From positions 96,001 through 160,000 of IMG/VR virus record IMGVR_UViG_3300033143_002031: DNA of 64,000 nucleotides; one strand, written 5' to 3'. Shown in pieces: positions 54,124 to 63,358 of this stretch. The notes under the pieces are model-generated. The model saw nothing but the letters and a program-made list of their open reading frames with translations, was not told where the DNA came from and made no database searches. The position numbers were made by a program, and so were the translations under genes. How positions within the stretch are numbered: the stretch's first letter is position 1; the number at the start of each line of letters is the position of its first letter. The DNA is from a virus.

Positions 54124-55919
54124 TGGGCGCTGTACAGAATGTTGTTGATCGCCTGCGTGGTGCGTTTGTCTCGGATAAGGAACGGGGAGGGCAACTACTC
54201 GCCAAGGGCAGCACCTCTCCAACGTATCCGGACTCTGGGTACGACCTGCTTCAAGCCTACGGCTACGATGCTCTGTCGGACTATCTCCGGTTGGAGCACG
54301 ATCTCCTCAGTCGCTATGTCGACTACGAGGAGATGGACGACTACCCCGAGGTCTCGTCGGCCATCGACATCTACGCGGACGACGCCTCACAGCCGGACAC
54401 GCAACTCCAGCGCACCGTGTGGGTGTCCAGTCCGGACAAGACCCTTCAGGGCGTGCTCGACGATCTGTTCCATAAGCGGCTCCGCCTGGACGAGGAAATC
54501 TGGGAAATCGTGCGCTCCCTGGTGAAGTACGGGAACGACTACGAAGAGTTGCTCGTCAATCAGGATGGCGTGGTCGGCTTGAACTTCCTTCCGGCGCCGA
54601 CTGTGCGCCGGGTGGAAGGCCCTCGTGGGGAACTGTACGGGTTCGTCCAGGACTTCAAAGGCCGGTTCGGCTACTCTCCGCAGGAGTTTCAGAAGATCCT
54701 AACCCAGCGCACGGACGCTATCCGTCAGGTCACGCAGCCGGGCGCCGCTCGACCCCCGGGCAACATGCTACAGCGCGTCTCTGCGCTGGAGCCTTGGGAG
54801 GTGTCGCACTTCCGCTTGCGCGGGAAGCACCGCCGGAGCGTGTACGGCTACTCGGTCCTCGAATCGTCACGGTGGATATGGAAGCGGCTCATGCTGCTCG
54901 AAGATGCCGCGATGATTTATCGACTCCAGCGAGCGCCCGAGCGCTTCGCCTTCTATGTCGACGTCGGCGATCTACCTCCGGCCGAGGCGTTGGCGTTCGT
55001 CAACAAGATCCGGCAGCAGCACAAGAAGAAGCGGTTCGTCAACCCGTCTACCGGCAAACTCGATATGAAATTCGAGCCGCTGTCCCAGGATGACGACTTC
55101 TGGGTTCCGGTGCGTAAGGGTGTGGAGGGTACGCGGATCGAGGTACTCGGCGGCCCGTCCTGGCAGCACATGGACGACGTAGAGTATTTCCAGACGAAGC
55201 TGTTCACCGCAATGAAGGTGCCCAAGGCGTACCTGGCTCAGGACGACAACACGGCAAGAGCGGTCCTCTCTAGCGAGGATGTCCGGTTCGCACGGTCTGT
55301 CTTGCGAGTCCAGCGGGAGGTCCGCAACGGTCTTCGCAAGGTGGCCCGGACGCACCTGGCGGCGCTCAATATCGACCCCTACGCGAGCGACTACACCATC
55401 CACATGACCGTGCCTTCGGCCATCTTCGAGTTGGCTCAGTTGGAGGTACGGAACGCGCGGGCTGACTTGGCTTCGCGTATGCGCGAGCATGTCTCGCTGC
55501 GGTGGGTGTTGGAGAACATCTACCAGCTATCGGACGAGGACATCAAACTCATCATTCAAGAGCGGTCCGAGGATGTGATCCGAGAGGGCAAGGCTCAGGC
55601 CGAGGTCGAGAAGATGAGCGCCATGGCGCAGGCTTCGGTAGAGCAGGCATCGGGTGGAGGTGGAGGTGGTGGCGGTGGCGTGGAGTCGCTCGCAGCCCCT
55701 TCGGGTATGCGGAGGCTCGAACGCAAGATCGCTGCGATACCCCGTCAGTTGCGTGGGGCTATCACCGAGAAGGAGCTTCTAAGAGGGAATCGCGAGGCCG
55801 AGAAGCGGGCCGAGGGAAAGTTGGACAGCATCCTCCGGTCGAACAGTGCGAACAGCCAACGCTTGCGGGAGAGCGTGGCGCTTCTCCGAGAGGTCGTGGC
55901 AGCGGCGCATGGCCGCTGA
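54123..55919 (+). CDS. Portal protein, T4 gp20-like
   Basis: YEEMDDYPEVSSAID, LEDA.MIYRLQRAPER..FYVDVG.LP, DDFW.P.R.G..GT.I..L.G, DVEYFQ.KL..A.KVP, EDVRF. Confidence 0.93.
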   Translation: MGAVQNVVDRLRGAFVSDKERGGQLLAKGSTSPTYPDSGYDLLQAYGYDALSDYLRLEHDLLSRYVDYEEMDDYPEVSSAIDIYADDASQPDTQLQRTVWVSSPDKTLQGVLDDLFHKRLRLDEEIWEIVRSLVKYGNDYEELLVNQDGVVGLNFLPAPTVRRVEGPRGELYGFVQDFKGRFGYSPQEFQKILTQRTDAIRQVTQPGAARPPGNMLQRVSALEPWEVSHFRLRGKHRRSVYGYSVLESSRWIWKRLMLLEDAAMIYRLQRAPERFAFYVDVGDLPPAEALAFVNKIRQQHKKKRFVNPSTGKLDMKFEPLSQDDDFWVPVRKGVEGTRIEVLGGPSWQHMDDVEYFQTKLFTAMKVPKAYLAQDDNTARAVLSSEDVRFARSVLRVQREVRNGLRKVARTHLAALNIDPYASDYTIHMTVPSAIFELAQLEVRNARADLASRMREHVSLRWVLENIYQLSDEDIKLIIQERSEDVIREGKAQAEVEKMSAMAQASVEQASGGGGGGGGGVESLAAPSGMRRLERKIAAIPRQLRGAITEKELLRGNREAEKRAEGKLDSILRSNSANSQRLRESVALLREVVAAAHGR

Positions 55920-55932
55920 GTCTACCTTTCGT

Positions 55933-55962
55933 TTGACAGACGGTTCGAGGAACAGCTAGTGT
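55933..55962 (+). promoter_or_regulatory. Probable promoter (leaderless)
   Basis: TTGACA-18-TAGTGT, then 8 nt to ATG 55971. Confidence 0.5.
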
Positions 55963-55970
55963 CGCCCAAG

Positions 55971-56852
55971 ATGATCGAGAGCCCCAACAAACTCCTACCG
56001 GATGCCGAATTGCGGCGTCTTCGGTCAGGGAGCTACGAGGTAAAGATCGAGGAGGTCGCCCGAGCGGTCCGTGCGGGCCTTGGGGACGTTCCTTTCGAGG
56101 TGGTGGCGACGCAGGAGTACGGGGCTGTGGTGTACTCCGGTGGGAAGTACGTTCGCGTGGAGTTGACCGAGGATGGCCCGACGCTCTCGGACCTCGATGT
56201 CGAGGTATTCGACATGACAAGCATGCACGGTTTCGTGGGGAGGGAGGCCGGCGTTGTTGTCGACCTGTTCCTTCGTGGCGAGATGAAATCCGCTGTGTCC
56301 CGATTGGAGAATCTAGTTCCGAAGACCCGTGTCTCGGGCGGCAAGGTTGCAAAGATCGAGGGCATGATAGCGGCCCCGCGACCGTGGAGGCGGCTCTTCG
56401 AGGCGCGTGAGGACCACATTCTCGGCTTCATCGAGGGCGATGTGGAGGCTCTCGAAGAAGGCCGGTTGCGCCAGAAGTTCGGTAAGTTGTATGATGGGGC
56501 GATCGAAGAGGGCAAACTCAGTGCCTACGAGGATCGCGTGACAGAAGGTCTGAGGATCGTGATTGACAGGCTGGGTCAGATTCGAGACGAGGTAGGGACA
56601 GCGTTGGCAGTAGCGACCACTACCCTTTCCGAGTCCACCGGGCCTATCGCTGATATGTTTGCTCGATTTGCTGACGATCTGTTCGCCGACCTCTGTGCGA
56701 TCCATGAATCAGGCTCCCACGCAATTGAGGCGGTAGACGATATCCGCTCCCGTGGTAGACTCTGCGACACGCTCGTCGGAGGGTTGCACGATCGGGAGGT
56801 CGCTGGCCGCTTCGTCGTGGTGGTGGCCAATAGAATGGTCGAGGCCAGCTAG
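55971..56852 (+). CDS. Hypothetical protein in the head module
   Basis: Between the portal and the acidic core protein; ORF track start is GTG 55959. Confidence 0.7.
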   Translation: MIESPNKLLPDAELRRLRSGSYEVKIEEVARAVRAGLGDVPFEVVATQEYGAVVYSGGKYVRVELTEDGPTLSDLDVEVFDMTSMHGFVGREAGVVVDLFLRGEMKSAVSRLENLVPKTRVSGGKVAKIEGMIAAPRPWRRLFEAREDHILGFIEGDVEALEEGRLRQKFGKLYDGAIEEGKLSAYEDRVTEGLRIVIDRLGQIRDEVGTALAVATTTLSESTGPIADMFARFADDLFADLCAIHESGSHAIEAVDDIRSRGRLCDTLVGGLHDREVAGRFVVVVANRMVEAS

Positions 56853-56862
56853 GAGGAATGGT

Positions 56863-57774
56863 ATGACTTTGCTCAGGCACGCGGTGGTAATCACCTCCCT
56901 GGAGGAGGACTTCCGGCGCATTGGCCTCATCAAGGAAGATCACCCCGGCGAGGGAGAGGACGTCCTTGCGGAGTCCGAGTCCGAGGAGACCGACGAGTCC
57001 GATTACGACGTGGACTTCGACGACGACGAGGACGAGGCAATCTCCAAGGCCCGCCCCGACTCCGACGAGGCCGACGAGGCCGACGAGGCCGACGAGTCCG
57101 ACGAGTCCGACGAGGATGTCGCTATGGCCGAGGCCGTTGCTTTCCACGAGAGTGCGAAGGCGATGTGGCAGGAGTTCGGTGAGGATGGCATCGAGACGAT
57201 CGATCTCGACTCGGGGCAGATGTCCGCTCTGGAGGGCATGGGGGATACCACCACGCTCCCCGGCGGTGTCATCGACGAGACCATCGACGCTGACGACGAG
57301 GACGAGGCCATCGACGAGGACGACGACGAGGATGAGGGCGAAGACGCCCCCAACCCGTTCGAGTCCGTGTCCGAGGCCATGAGCGCCATCGAGGCCATCC
57401 TGGACGAGGACGCGCGGCCGACCGACTCTCTGGAGGAGGCCACCCCAGCGTTCGCCAACCTCGCGCTCATCTCGGAGAAGCTGTACGGTTTCTTCACCGA
57501 GACCGCCGAGGCTCAGGACGATGCCGAGTACGCGGAGATTGCCGAGGCGTACAAGAGCATCGCGCAGTACTCGGCAGCGATCGTGGACACGCTCAAGACC
57601 GAGAGTGCCGACACGATCAACTTCGAGGCCCTCACGGAGACGTTCCAGGACTACCTGGCGACGGTCCTCCAGGGCTTGGAGACCTTCGCCATCCTCCGGG
57701 AGGCCGATGAGGACGAGGACGAGGACGAGGACGACGGTGAGGAGCAGGACGAGGGCGATGAGGGAAACGGGTAA
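56863..57774 (+). CDS. Highly acidic putative prohead core protein (T4 gp67-like position)
   Basis: AGGAGG SD, ATG 56863; D/E-rich tracts; ends in G GGA AAC GGG TAA. Confidence 0.75.
   Translation: MTLLRHAVVITSLEEDFRRIGLIKEDHPGEGEDVLAESESEETDESDYDVDFDDDEDEAISKARPDSDEADEADEADESDESDEDVAMAEAVAFHESAKAMWQEFGEDGIETIDLDSGQMSALEGMGDTTTLPGGVIDETIDADDEDEAIDEDDDEDEGEDAPNPFESVSEAMSAIEAILDEDARPTDSLEEATPAFANLALISEKLYGFFTETAEAQDDAEYAEIAEAYKSIAQYSAAIVDTLKTESADTINFEALTETFQDYLATVLQGLETFAILREADEDEDEDEDDGEEQDEGDEGNG
57062..57115 (+). repeat. Six copies of a 9-nt tandem repeat
   Basis: CCGACGAG(G/T) x6, encoding (A/S)DE units. Confidence 0.9.
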
Positions 57775-57830
57775 GGCGACGACTCCGCGCGCTGGCCCTC
57801 CGTAAGGGGCGTACAACACGGCGTCGTCGC
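57762..57830 (+). promoter_or_regulatory. Candidate programmed -1 frameshift signal
   Basis: Slippery heptamer G GGA AAC (57762-57768) one codon before the stop; 7-nt spacer; 8-bp stem 57776-83/57823-30. Confidence 0.65.
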
Positions 57831-58022
57831 ACAGCGTATTCCTCGGGGAGACGGGAAGTGGTAGGGATGGAGAAGAGTCCAGTGAAGCGTCAGACTCGAA
57901 GCGTAGGAGGATCGCGTTCGGGGCTGGATTTCACTGTCGACCTTCCCAAGACGAGCATACGGTCCGACGCCAGTCTGGACCGTGGGCCGTTCCGGTCCAA
58001 CTTCCGCTGGAAGGTGTCATGA
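57768..58022 (+). CDS. Arg-rich 84-codon -1-frame extension (or a standalone 51-aa ORF from ATG 57867); not in ORF track
   Basis: RVRRRLRALALRKGRTTRRRRTAYSSGRREVVGMEKSPVKRQ...FRWKVS; the stop overlaps the protease start (ATGA). Confidence 0.6.
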   Translation, partial: RVRRRLRALALRKGRTTRRRRTAYSSGRREVVGMEKSPVKRQTRSVGGSRSGLDFTVDLPKTSIRSDASLDRGPFRSNFRWKVS

Positions 58023-59722
58023 TGGGACAATTGACTGCGACTTCCCCATCCACCGAGAACCAGTTGATCGACGAGCAGGTTCACCCCTGCAAGCTCGAAC
58101 TGGTCGAGGGGGAAGGCGAGAAGAAGGGCCGCGTGTTTGCACGTGGGGAGTTCGGCCATGCGGTCAACCCCACAGCGAACGGACGCCGATACCGGCACAA
58201 CATCTGGGAGAACAATTTCTCTCGCCTCCAGTCGAACCTGGAGTCCAAAAAGGTGCTGGGCGAACTCGACCACCCCACGGATGGGCGCACGGCACTGCAA
58301 CGCGCTTCGCACGTTATCACCGGCCTCCGCTTGGAGGACGACAAGGTGATGGGTGAGGCCGAGATCCTCGACACGGCCAAGGGCCGAGACCTGAAGGCGA
58401 TCCTCGCGGCGGGTGTTCCGGTGGGCATCAGTTCCCGTGGTTTCGGGAGCACCAAGCCGGGCAAGGACGGCATCGAGGAAGTCCAGGAGGACTACAAACT
58501 CGTCACCTTCGATTTCGTGGCTGAACCAGCCGACCCGTCGGCCTATCCCGAGGTGGTCTTCGAGAGCGCCGAAGAGGGCGCGGCCATGATGTTCGAGGGT
58601 GTGGCCTTCGAGACGGCCGAGCCGGAAGGTGCTTCTGAGGGTGAGGACGAGGGCGATGACGAAAACGTCGCTCCTGTCGTAGGTTCAGCACCTCCGGGCG
58701 AGGCAGAGATGGCCAAGCGCTTCGGAGAGAAGGTGGCTGCCGAGGCTGCCGCTGCGCCGAAGTCCGCCGAGGCAGAGATGGCCGCGCGGTTCGCCGCGAA
58801 GGTTCTGTCCGACGCCGAGGGAAACGATGTCTCGGTCGAAGACCTCCGGCAGGAGTTTGCGGACCAGATCGTAGATCGTATCGCTGCCCTCCGGGGTGAC
58901 GTCGAGAAGCAGGTTCGCGCTGAGATGGCAGCGGACCCCGCAGTTGCAGGTGCGAGAGCGGCCTTGGAAGACGTGCAGCGGGCGTTGCTCCCGTTCGCCC
59001 TGACCGAGGATGCCCACGCGCTGGTCGCAGAGCGCGACGATGAGATACACGCGCTCCGGTCCAAGCTCGAAGAGGTGGAGCAGACGATCGAGCAGCACGA
59101 GACGCTGATCGAAACGCTCACCGAGGCGGCTCGGGAGGCAGGCTACAGGTACCACCTGGAGTGCTTGCTCCATGAGGATGACGCAGAGATCGAGCGGCTT
59201 CGCGTGATCGTTGGGGATGTCTCGCAGTACGACTCCCCGGATGCGCTTCGCACTCGTGTCGAAGAGGCGTATCAGGAGATGCAGACGTTCCGTATCGAAG
59301 AGGAGCGTGTGCAGCAACAACGGTCGGAGGAATCTGATCGTCTACGCGGCAAGAACCAGGCATTGGCGGAGGGGCTGGAGAAAGCCCTCGTCGCCAACCG
59401 GGACCTGGCTCTACAGGTCTACGCATCCAAGAGGTTGCAAACTCACCCTCAAGGTGCGAAGATCCTCCGCATGCTCGAACGATCAGGGCTTCAGTCCCAG
59501 GAGCAAGTGGATGCACTGATCGAGGACTTCCGTGAGCCGAAGCGCGACGCGGACGACCTCGAAGCAGTGCGTGCTCGCGTTCGTGCTCAACTGCATGGTG
59601 GGGCGGAGTATCTCGAAGAAGACACGCAACCCTCTGGGCCGCGTGGTAGTGGATCGAAGGACTACAATGGTCTCGGAGCGTCCCTGGCTGACTTGAAACA
59701 CCTGGCAGGACTGCGAGACTGA
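58019..59722 (+). CDS. Prohead protease (T4 gp21-like) fused to a scaffold-like coiled coil
   Basis: N.NGR.Y, LGELDHP, ASH.I, GEAEILDT..G, VGISSRG.GS, FDFVAEP; acidic coiled-coil C-terminal half. Confidence 0.9.
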   Translation: MMGQLTATSPSTENQLIDEQVHPCKLELVEGEGEKKGRVFARGEFGHAVNPTANGRRYRHNIWENNFSRLQSNLESKKVLGELDHPTDGRTALQRASHVITGLRLEDDKVMGEAEILDTAKGRDLKAILAAGVPVGISSRGFGSTKPGKDGIEEVQEDYKLVTFDFVAEPADPSAYPEVVFESAEEGAAMMFEGVAFETAEPEGASEGEDEGDDENVAPVVGSAPPGEAEMAKRFGEKVAAEAAAAPKSAEAEMAARFAAKVLSDAEGNDVSVEDLRQEFADQIVDRIAALRGDVEKQVRAEMAADPAVAGARAALEDVQRALLPFALTEDAHALVAERDDEIHALRSKLEEVEQTIEQHETLIETLTEAAREAGYRYHLECLLHEDDAEIERLRVIVGDVSQYDSPDALRTRVEEAYQEMQTFRIEEERVQQQRSEESDRLRGKNQALAEGLEKALVANRDLALQVYASKRLQTHPQGAKILRMLERSGLQSQEQVDALIEDFREPKRDADDLEAVRARVRAQLHGGAEYLEEDTQPSGPRGSGSKDYNGLGASLADLKHLAGLRD

Positions 59723-59780
59723 GAAAGAACTTCTGGCGGGCGACGACGATCCGCCGTGGGAAAGACTAAGGAGGCAAGCC

Positions 59781-61289
59781 GTGGAAGCTCGACAGATGCT
59801 TCAGGAAGAGGGTCGTCGAACGATCGCCGACCAGAGCTACGTCGGGGCCTTGATCCGGAAGTGGGGAGACTTCCTGGAGGGCCTCGCCGATCGATCCGAG
59901 CAGGACAGGTACATCCTCGGATGCACCGCCATGCTCATGGAGAACGAGAGCCTCTGGCTCCAGTCTCTCACGGAGGAGACGCGCACGGTGAACGTCGGTT
60001 CGTTCACCAAGTTCATCTTCCCCGTTTTGAGGCGAGTTTTCCCGAACCTCATCGCCAACGAGATCGTCTCGGTCCAGCCGATGACGGCCCCGATCGGTGC
60101 TGTCTTCTTCCTCGACTACGTGTACGGTTCGACCAAGGGCGGCACGACCGAGGGGAACGTGTTCCCACGTGACTTCGATCGTGACTACTCCAGCGAGTAC
60201 GTCAACGGCGAGTCGATGGTGACCGGCGATGGCGTCAACTTCGGTGGTGGTGGTGGTGCGCTCGACCTCACCGGGACCCTCGCGTGGACCCCGGTTCGGC
60301 CCCTCGATGCTGCTCGTGAGTTCTCGTGCGCCATCCGGGAGGTTTCGGCGGCGGACGGGTCGACCGTGCAGGAGGCCGTCGACGATGGGGCGGGCGGCTT
60401 CACGTTCACCCCGGCCGGTGGACTCACTTCAGGCTCGATCAACTACGCGAACGGCGCGGTGACTGGGTTCCAGTTCCAGAACATCCCCGCCCTCGGGAAC
60501 CAGGTCAAGGCGTACTACTACTTCGACGGGGAACTCAACACCAAGGTTCCCGAGATCAAGCTCGACATCAAGAAGGCGCCGGTCGAGGCCAAGCCGCGTC
60601 GACTCAAGGCCCTGTGGTCGAGCGAGGCGGCGGAAGACCTCCGTGCGTTCCACGGTCTCGACGCCGAGACCGAGATCGTGTCGATCATCGCTCAGGAGAT
60701 CGCGCTGGAGATCGACCGCGAGATCATCAACGACCTCTTCCTGGCTTCGACGGGGACCACCGGCACGTTCGACCGCATCCCGCCCGGTGGCATCTCGGAG
60801 ATCGACCACATCCGAGCGCTGATCACGCAGATCAGCACCGTCTCGAACCTCATCCACAAGAAAACCCTCCGCGCCCCGGCGAACTGGATCATCACGAGCC
60901 CCGAAATCTCGGCGCTCCTGACCCAGTTGACCACGCACGGCGACTTCAAGCCGATCTGGTCGTCGGACATGAACCCGAACTCGCCGACCGACGTACCTCG
61001 GCCGCGCACGGCGCATGGGCAGTTCTCGATCTACAAGACCGGGACGCTCATGAACAAGTGGGTCGTCTACGAAGATCCCTTCTTCACGACCAACAAGATG
61101 ATGGTCGGTCTGAAGGGCGGCAGCTTCCTGGAGTCCGGCTACTGCTGGGCGCCCTACGTGCCCCTCCAGGTCACGCCGACCTTCCTCGATCCGAGCGACT
61201 TCAGCTTCCGCAAGGGCCTCCGGACCCGCTACGCGAAGAAGCTGCTTCGCCCGGACTTCTACGGCCAGTTGACGATCAACAACCTGTAG
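59781..61289 (+). CDS. Major capsid protein, T4 gp23-like
   Basis: RRVFPNLIANEIVSVQPMTAP.G..F, RLKA.WS.EAAEDL.AFHGLDAE.E, EIDREII, APYVPL, G..TRY. Confidence 0.96.
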   Translation: MEARQMLQEEGRRTIADQSYVGALIRKWGDFLEGLADRSEQDRYILGCTAMLMENESLWLQSLTEETRTVNVGSFTKFIFPVLRRVFPNLIANEIVSVQPMTAPIGAVFFLDYVYGSTKGGTTEGNVFPRDFDRDYSSEYVNGESMVTGDGVNFGGGGGALDLTGTLAWTPVRPLDAAREFSCAIREVSAADGSTVQEAVDDGAGGFTFTPAGGLTSGSINYANGAVTGFQFQNIPALGNQVKAYYYFDGELNTKVPEIKLDIKKAPVEAKPRRLKALWSSEAAEDLRAFHGLDAETEIVSIIAQEIALEIDREIINDLFLASTGTTGTFDRIPPGGISEIDHIRALITQISTVSNLIHKKTLRAPANWIITSPEISALLTQLTTHGDFKPIWSSDMNPNSPTDVPRPRTAHGQFSIYKTGTLMNKWVVYEDPFFTTNKMMVGLKGGSFLESGYCWAPYVPLQVTPTFLDPSDFSFRKGLRTRYAKKLLRPDFYGQLTINNL

Positions 61290-61337
61290 GCGTACCGCCT
61301 GCGGCGCTGGTCTGAGACTGACCCCGGTTCGTTCATG

Positions 61338-61377
61338 ACGGCCGCTGGCTCCCAAGGGGCCGGCGGCCGTTTGCTTT
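61338..61377 (+). terminator. Intrinsic terminator after the capsid gene
   Basis: About 14-bp GC-rich stem ACGGCCGCTGGCTC/GGGCCGGCGGCCGT followed by TTGCTTT. Confidence 0.75.
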
Positions 61378-61385
61378 GAGAGGCT

Positions 61386-61400
61386 GCGACCAATGGTCGC
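61386..61400. promoter_or_regulatory. 15-bp palindromic operator-like site, copy 3
   Basis: T-GCGACCA-A-TGGTCGC-A (17-bp palindrome), 20 nt upstream of ATG 61421. Confidence 0.7.
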
Positions 61401-61420
61401 ACCTGGTAAGGTAGAGGACG

Positions 61421-61615
61421 ATGGCGAAGACGAGCACGGACGATGTGTTGGCCGACTTGAAGCGAGTCGGCGCGGTTGGGGGCGCCCTGAAAGCTCCTAT
61501 ACTCCCTGAGAGTGTGGTCACCGAGGTGGAGGTCGAGCAGGGGCCTCCAAGCGTGGTCCTTCGGGACCTCCGAGGGACGAAGGCAGCCGAGGCCATAGAT
61601 GACGCGGTGCGCTAA
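61421..61615 (+). CDS. Hypothetical protein
   Basis: ATG after GAGG. Confidence 0.55.
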   Translation: MAKTSTDDVLADLKRVGAVGGALKAPILPESVVTEVEVEQGPPSVVLRDLRGTKAAEAIDDAVR

Positions 61616-61627
61616 ACAGACGACGCC

Positions 61628-62038
61628 GTGAGGGCGTTCGAGGGACTCCGGGAGGCGCTGACGCGACTCCGAGAGGTCTGGGCGCCTGTCGATGACGTCG
61701 ATGAGGGGCTGGAGACAGTCCTGGAGACGCCTGAGACGCCTCTGGAGAGCGCAGAAGCGACGGAAGCACCTTCCACACCCCTGAGCCCCCCGAAGCCGTC
61801 AGAGGGCACCCAGGAGCCTCCGATTCCTGACGAGGAGGCCCTAGCCCGCGCCCGAGAGGCCGCGCGAAGGAAGATCCTCGGAGAGGACATCCCCGAAGGA
61901 GAGCGCGAGGGAGACGAAGCAGAAGAGAACGTCCCGTTCGTCGGGATGGAGCGGGCGATGCCACCGGGGCAGGAGCCCGAGGAGATAACGATCGGTACGG
62001 TCGGCAAGATCAAGCCGAGTTTTCCAGCGGAGGGATGA
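61628..62038 (+). CDS. Acidic/Pro-rich hypothetical protein
   Basis: Packed + strand ORF. Confidence 0.5.
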   Translation: MRAFEGLREALTRLREVWAPVDDVDEGLETVLETPETPLESAEATEAPSTPLSPPKPSEGTQEPPIPDEEALARAREAARRKILGEDIPEGEREGDEAEENVPFVGMERAMPPGQEPEEITIGTVGKIKPSFPAEG

Positions 62039-62039
62039 T

Positions 62040-62420
62040 ATGGCACGTAGGTTCAGGAAGAAGGCAGGACTGGGGGCTTTGTGCCTCCCTGGTGTCGGTG
62101 GCATCGGCAACGACTCGATCGTGGAGGGCGACGAATACGCCCGCTTCTGCCCGGCCGTACTCGAAGAGGTCTTCGACGAGGCCCCTGTCGTGCCCAAGCC
62201 AGTCGCGAAGAAGGTAGCGGCGACACCGCCACCGCCTCCTCCTCCGGCTCCTCCGGCCGATGACGAAGAGCCCGAAGGCGAGGATGAGGAGCCCGAGCCC
62301 CCGAACATGGACTGGCTCAAGTCTGAACTCGTCGAGTATGCCAGGGGGCTCGACCTCGATGTGGACGGGATGACCAAGCGGCAGATCCTCGGTGCAATCG
62401 AGGAAGAAGAGGGAGAGTGA
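62040..62420 (+). CDS. Protein with C-terminal Rho-N/HeH-like helical motif
   Basis: WLKSELVEYARGLDL.VDGMTKRQIL..I after a Pro/Glu linker. Confidence 0.65.
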   Translation: MARRFRKKAGLGALCLPGVGGIGNDSIVEGDEYARFCPAVLEEVFDEAPVVPKPVAKKVAATPPPPPPPAPPADDEEPEGEDEEPEPPNMDWLKSELVEYARGLDLDVDGMTKRQILGAIEEEEGE

Positions 62421-62421
62421 T

Positions 62422-62586
62422 ATGGACTGCCCAAAGTGTGGGAGCCCAGAAGCCCTTGTCGAAAGCAAGCCGAACGGGGACAGGCGCGTGAAGTGTGAGA
62501 AGTGCGGCCTGGACGAGGTTAGGGACAGCCAGGGACGAAAACTGCTCCTCGATACTGTGGGTGGTGGCGACGTCCTGCTATCCTGA
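62422..62586 (+). CDS. Small zinc-ribbon protein
   Basis: CPKCG...CEKCG. Confidence 0.6.
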   Translation: MDCPKCGSPEALVESKPNGDRRVKCEKCGLDEVRDSQGRKLLLDTVGGGDVLLS

Positions 62587-62605
62587 TCAGTGAGAGGTGA
62601 CGCCG

Positions 62606-63343
62606 ATGGCCCGTCCGCCTGGAAACAAACTGATGAACCGGGAGGAGTTGGGGGAGTGGATTCTCCGCCGCCTCGGCGCCCCTTTCTGGGACATCGAACT
62701 CTGCAAAGACCACGTCAAGGATGCGGTGGAGAACTCCGTTCGGTGGTTCGCTGGGAAGAAGGGCGTCATGAAGCTCTTCCCGATCCAGGCGCAGTCTGGC
62801 GTTGTAGAGTACCAACTCGACTCGGAGATCGACCGCGTGATCGACGTGGCCTACGAGACGAACAAGTTGGACCTCTCCCTCATCTTTTCGCCCTTCACAC
62901 TGCTCGAAGAGAAGATCCCGTATGACGTGTTCGCCTCGGGGGGTTCGGGCGGTCTCTATTCCAGCTACGTCCAGGCTCTCCAGTACATCGAGACGGCGAA
63001 GCGGATTTTGAGCGCCGAGTTCGAGTGGACTGAGATCAATGACAAGCTCTTCATCGCCCCTCCGCCAGCGAACTCTCGCCGCATCATTATCCTGGCCAAG
63101 ATCAACTTCACGCAGATCGAAGACCTGGAGGAGCGCGACCACGAACTGATCAAGCGGTACGCCCTGGCAAAGGCCCGGGAAGACCTCGCGTGGGTGCGAG
63201 GGAAGTACGGCGACTACCCGAGCGCGCAGGGGTCCACGACCTTGAACTGGGACCGGCTGCTCGACGCAGCAACTACTGAGATCGAGAAGCTCGAAGAGGA
63301 GATCATGGGCGCTGGCTATCCAATGGGATTTTGCTCCGGGTAG
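62606..63343 (+). CDS. Neck/head-completion protein, T4 gp13-like
   Basis: ELGEWILRRLGAP..DIEL...HV.DAVE..V.WF; IKRYALAKARE..A..RGKY...P. Confidence 0.85.
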   Translation: MARPPGNKLMNREELGEWILRRLGAPFWDIELCKDHVKDAVENSVRWFAGKKGVMKLFPIQAQSGVVEYQLDSEIDRVIDVAYETNKLDLSLIFSPFTLLEEKIPYDVFASGGSGGLYSSYVQALQYIETAKRILSAEFEWTEINDKLFIAPPPANSRRIIILAKINFTQIEDLEERDHELIKRYALAKAREDLAWVRGKYGDYPSAQGSTTLNWDRLLDAATTEIEKLEEEIMGAGYPMGFCSG

Positions 63344-63358
63344 CCAGGGAGGTGTGGA

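Noticed and set aside
57062-57115. 9-nt tandem repeat as a mini-CRISPR or phase-variation switch
   Set aside because: No spacers, and the unit length is a multiple of three, so it is an in-frame low-complexity expansion.
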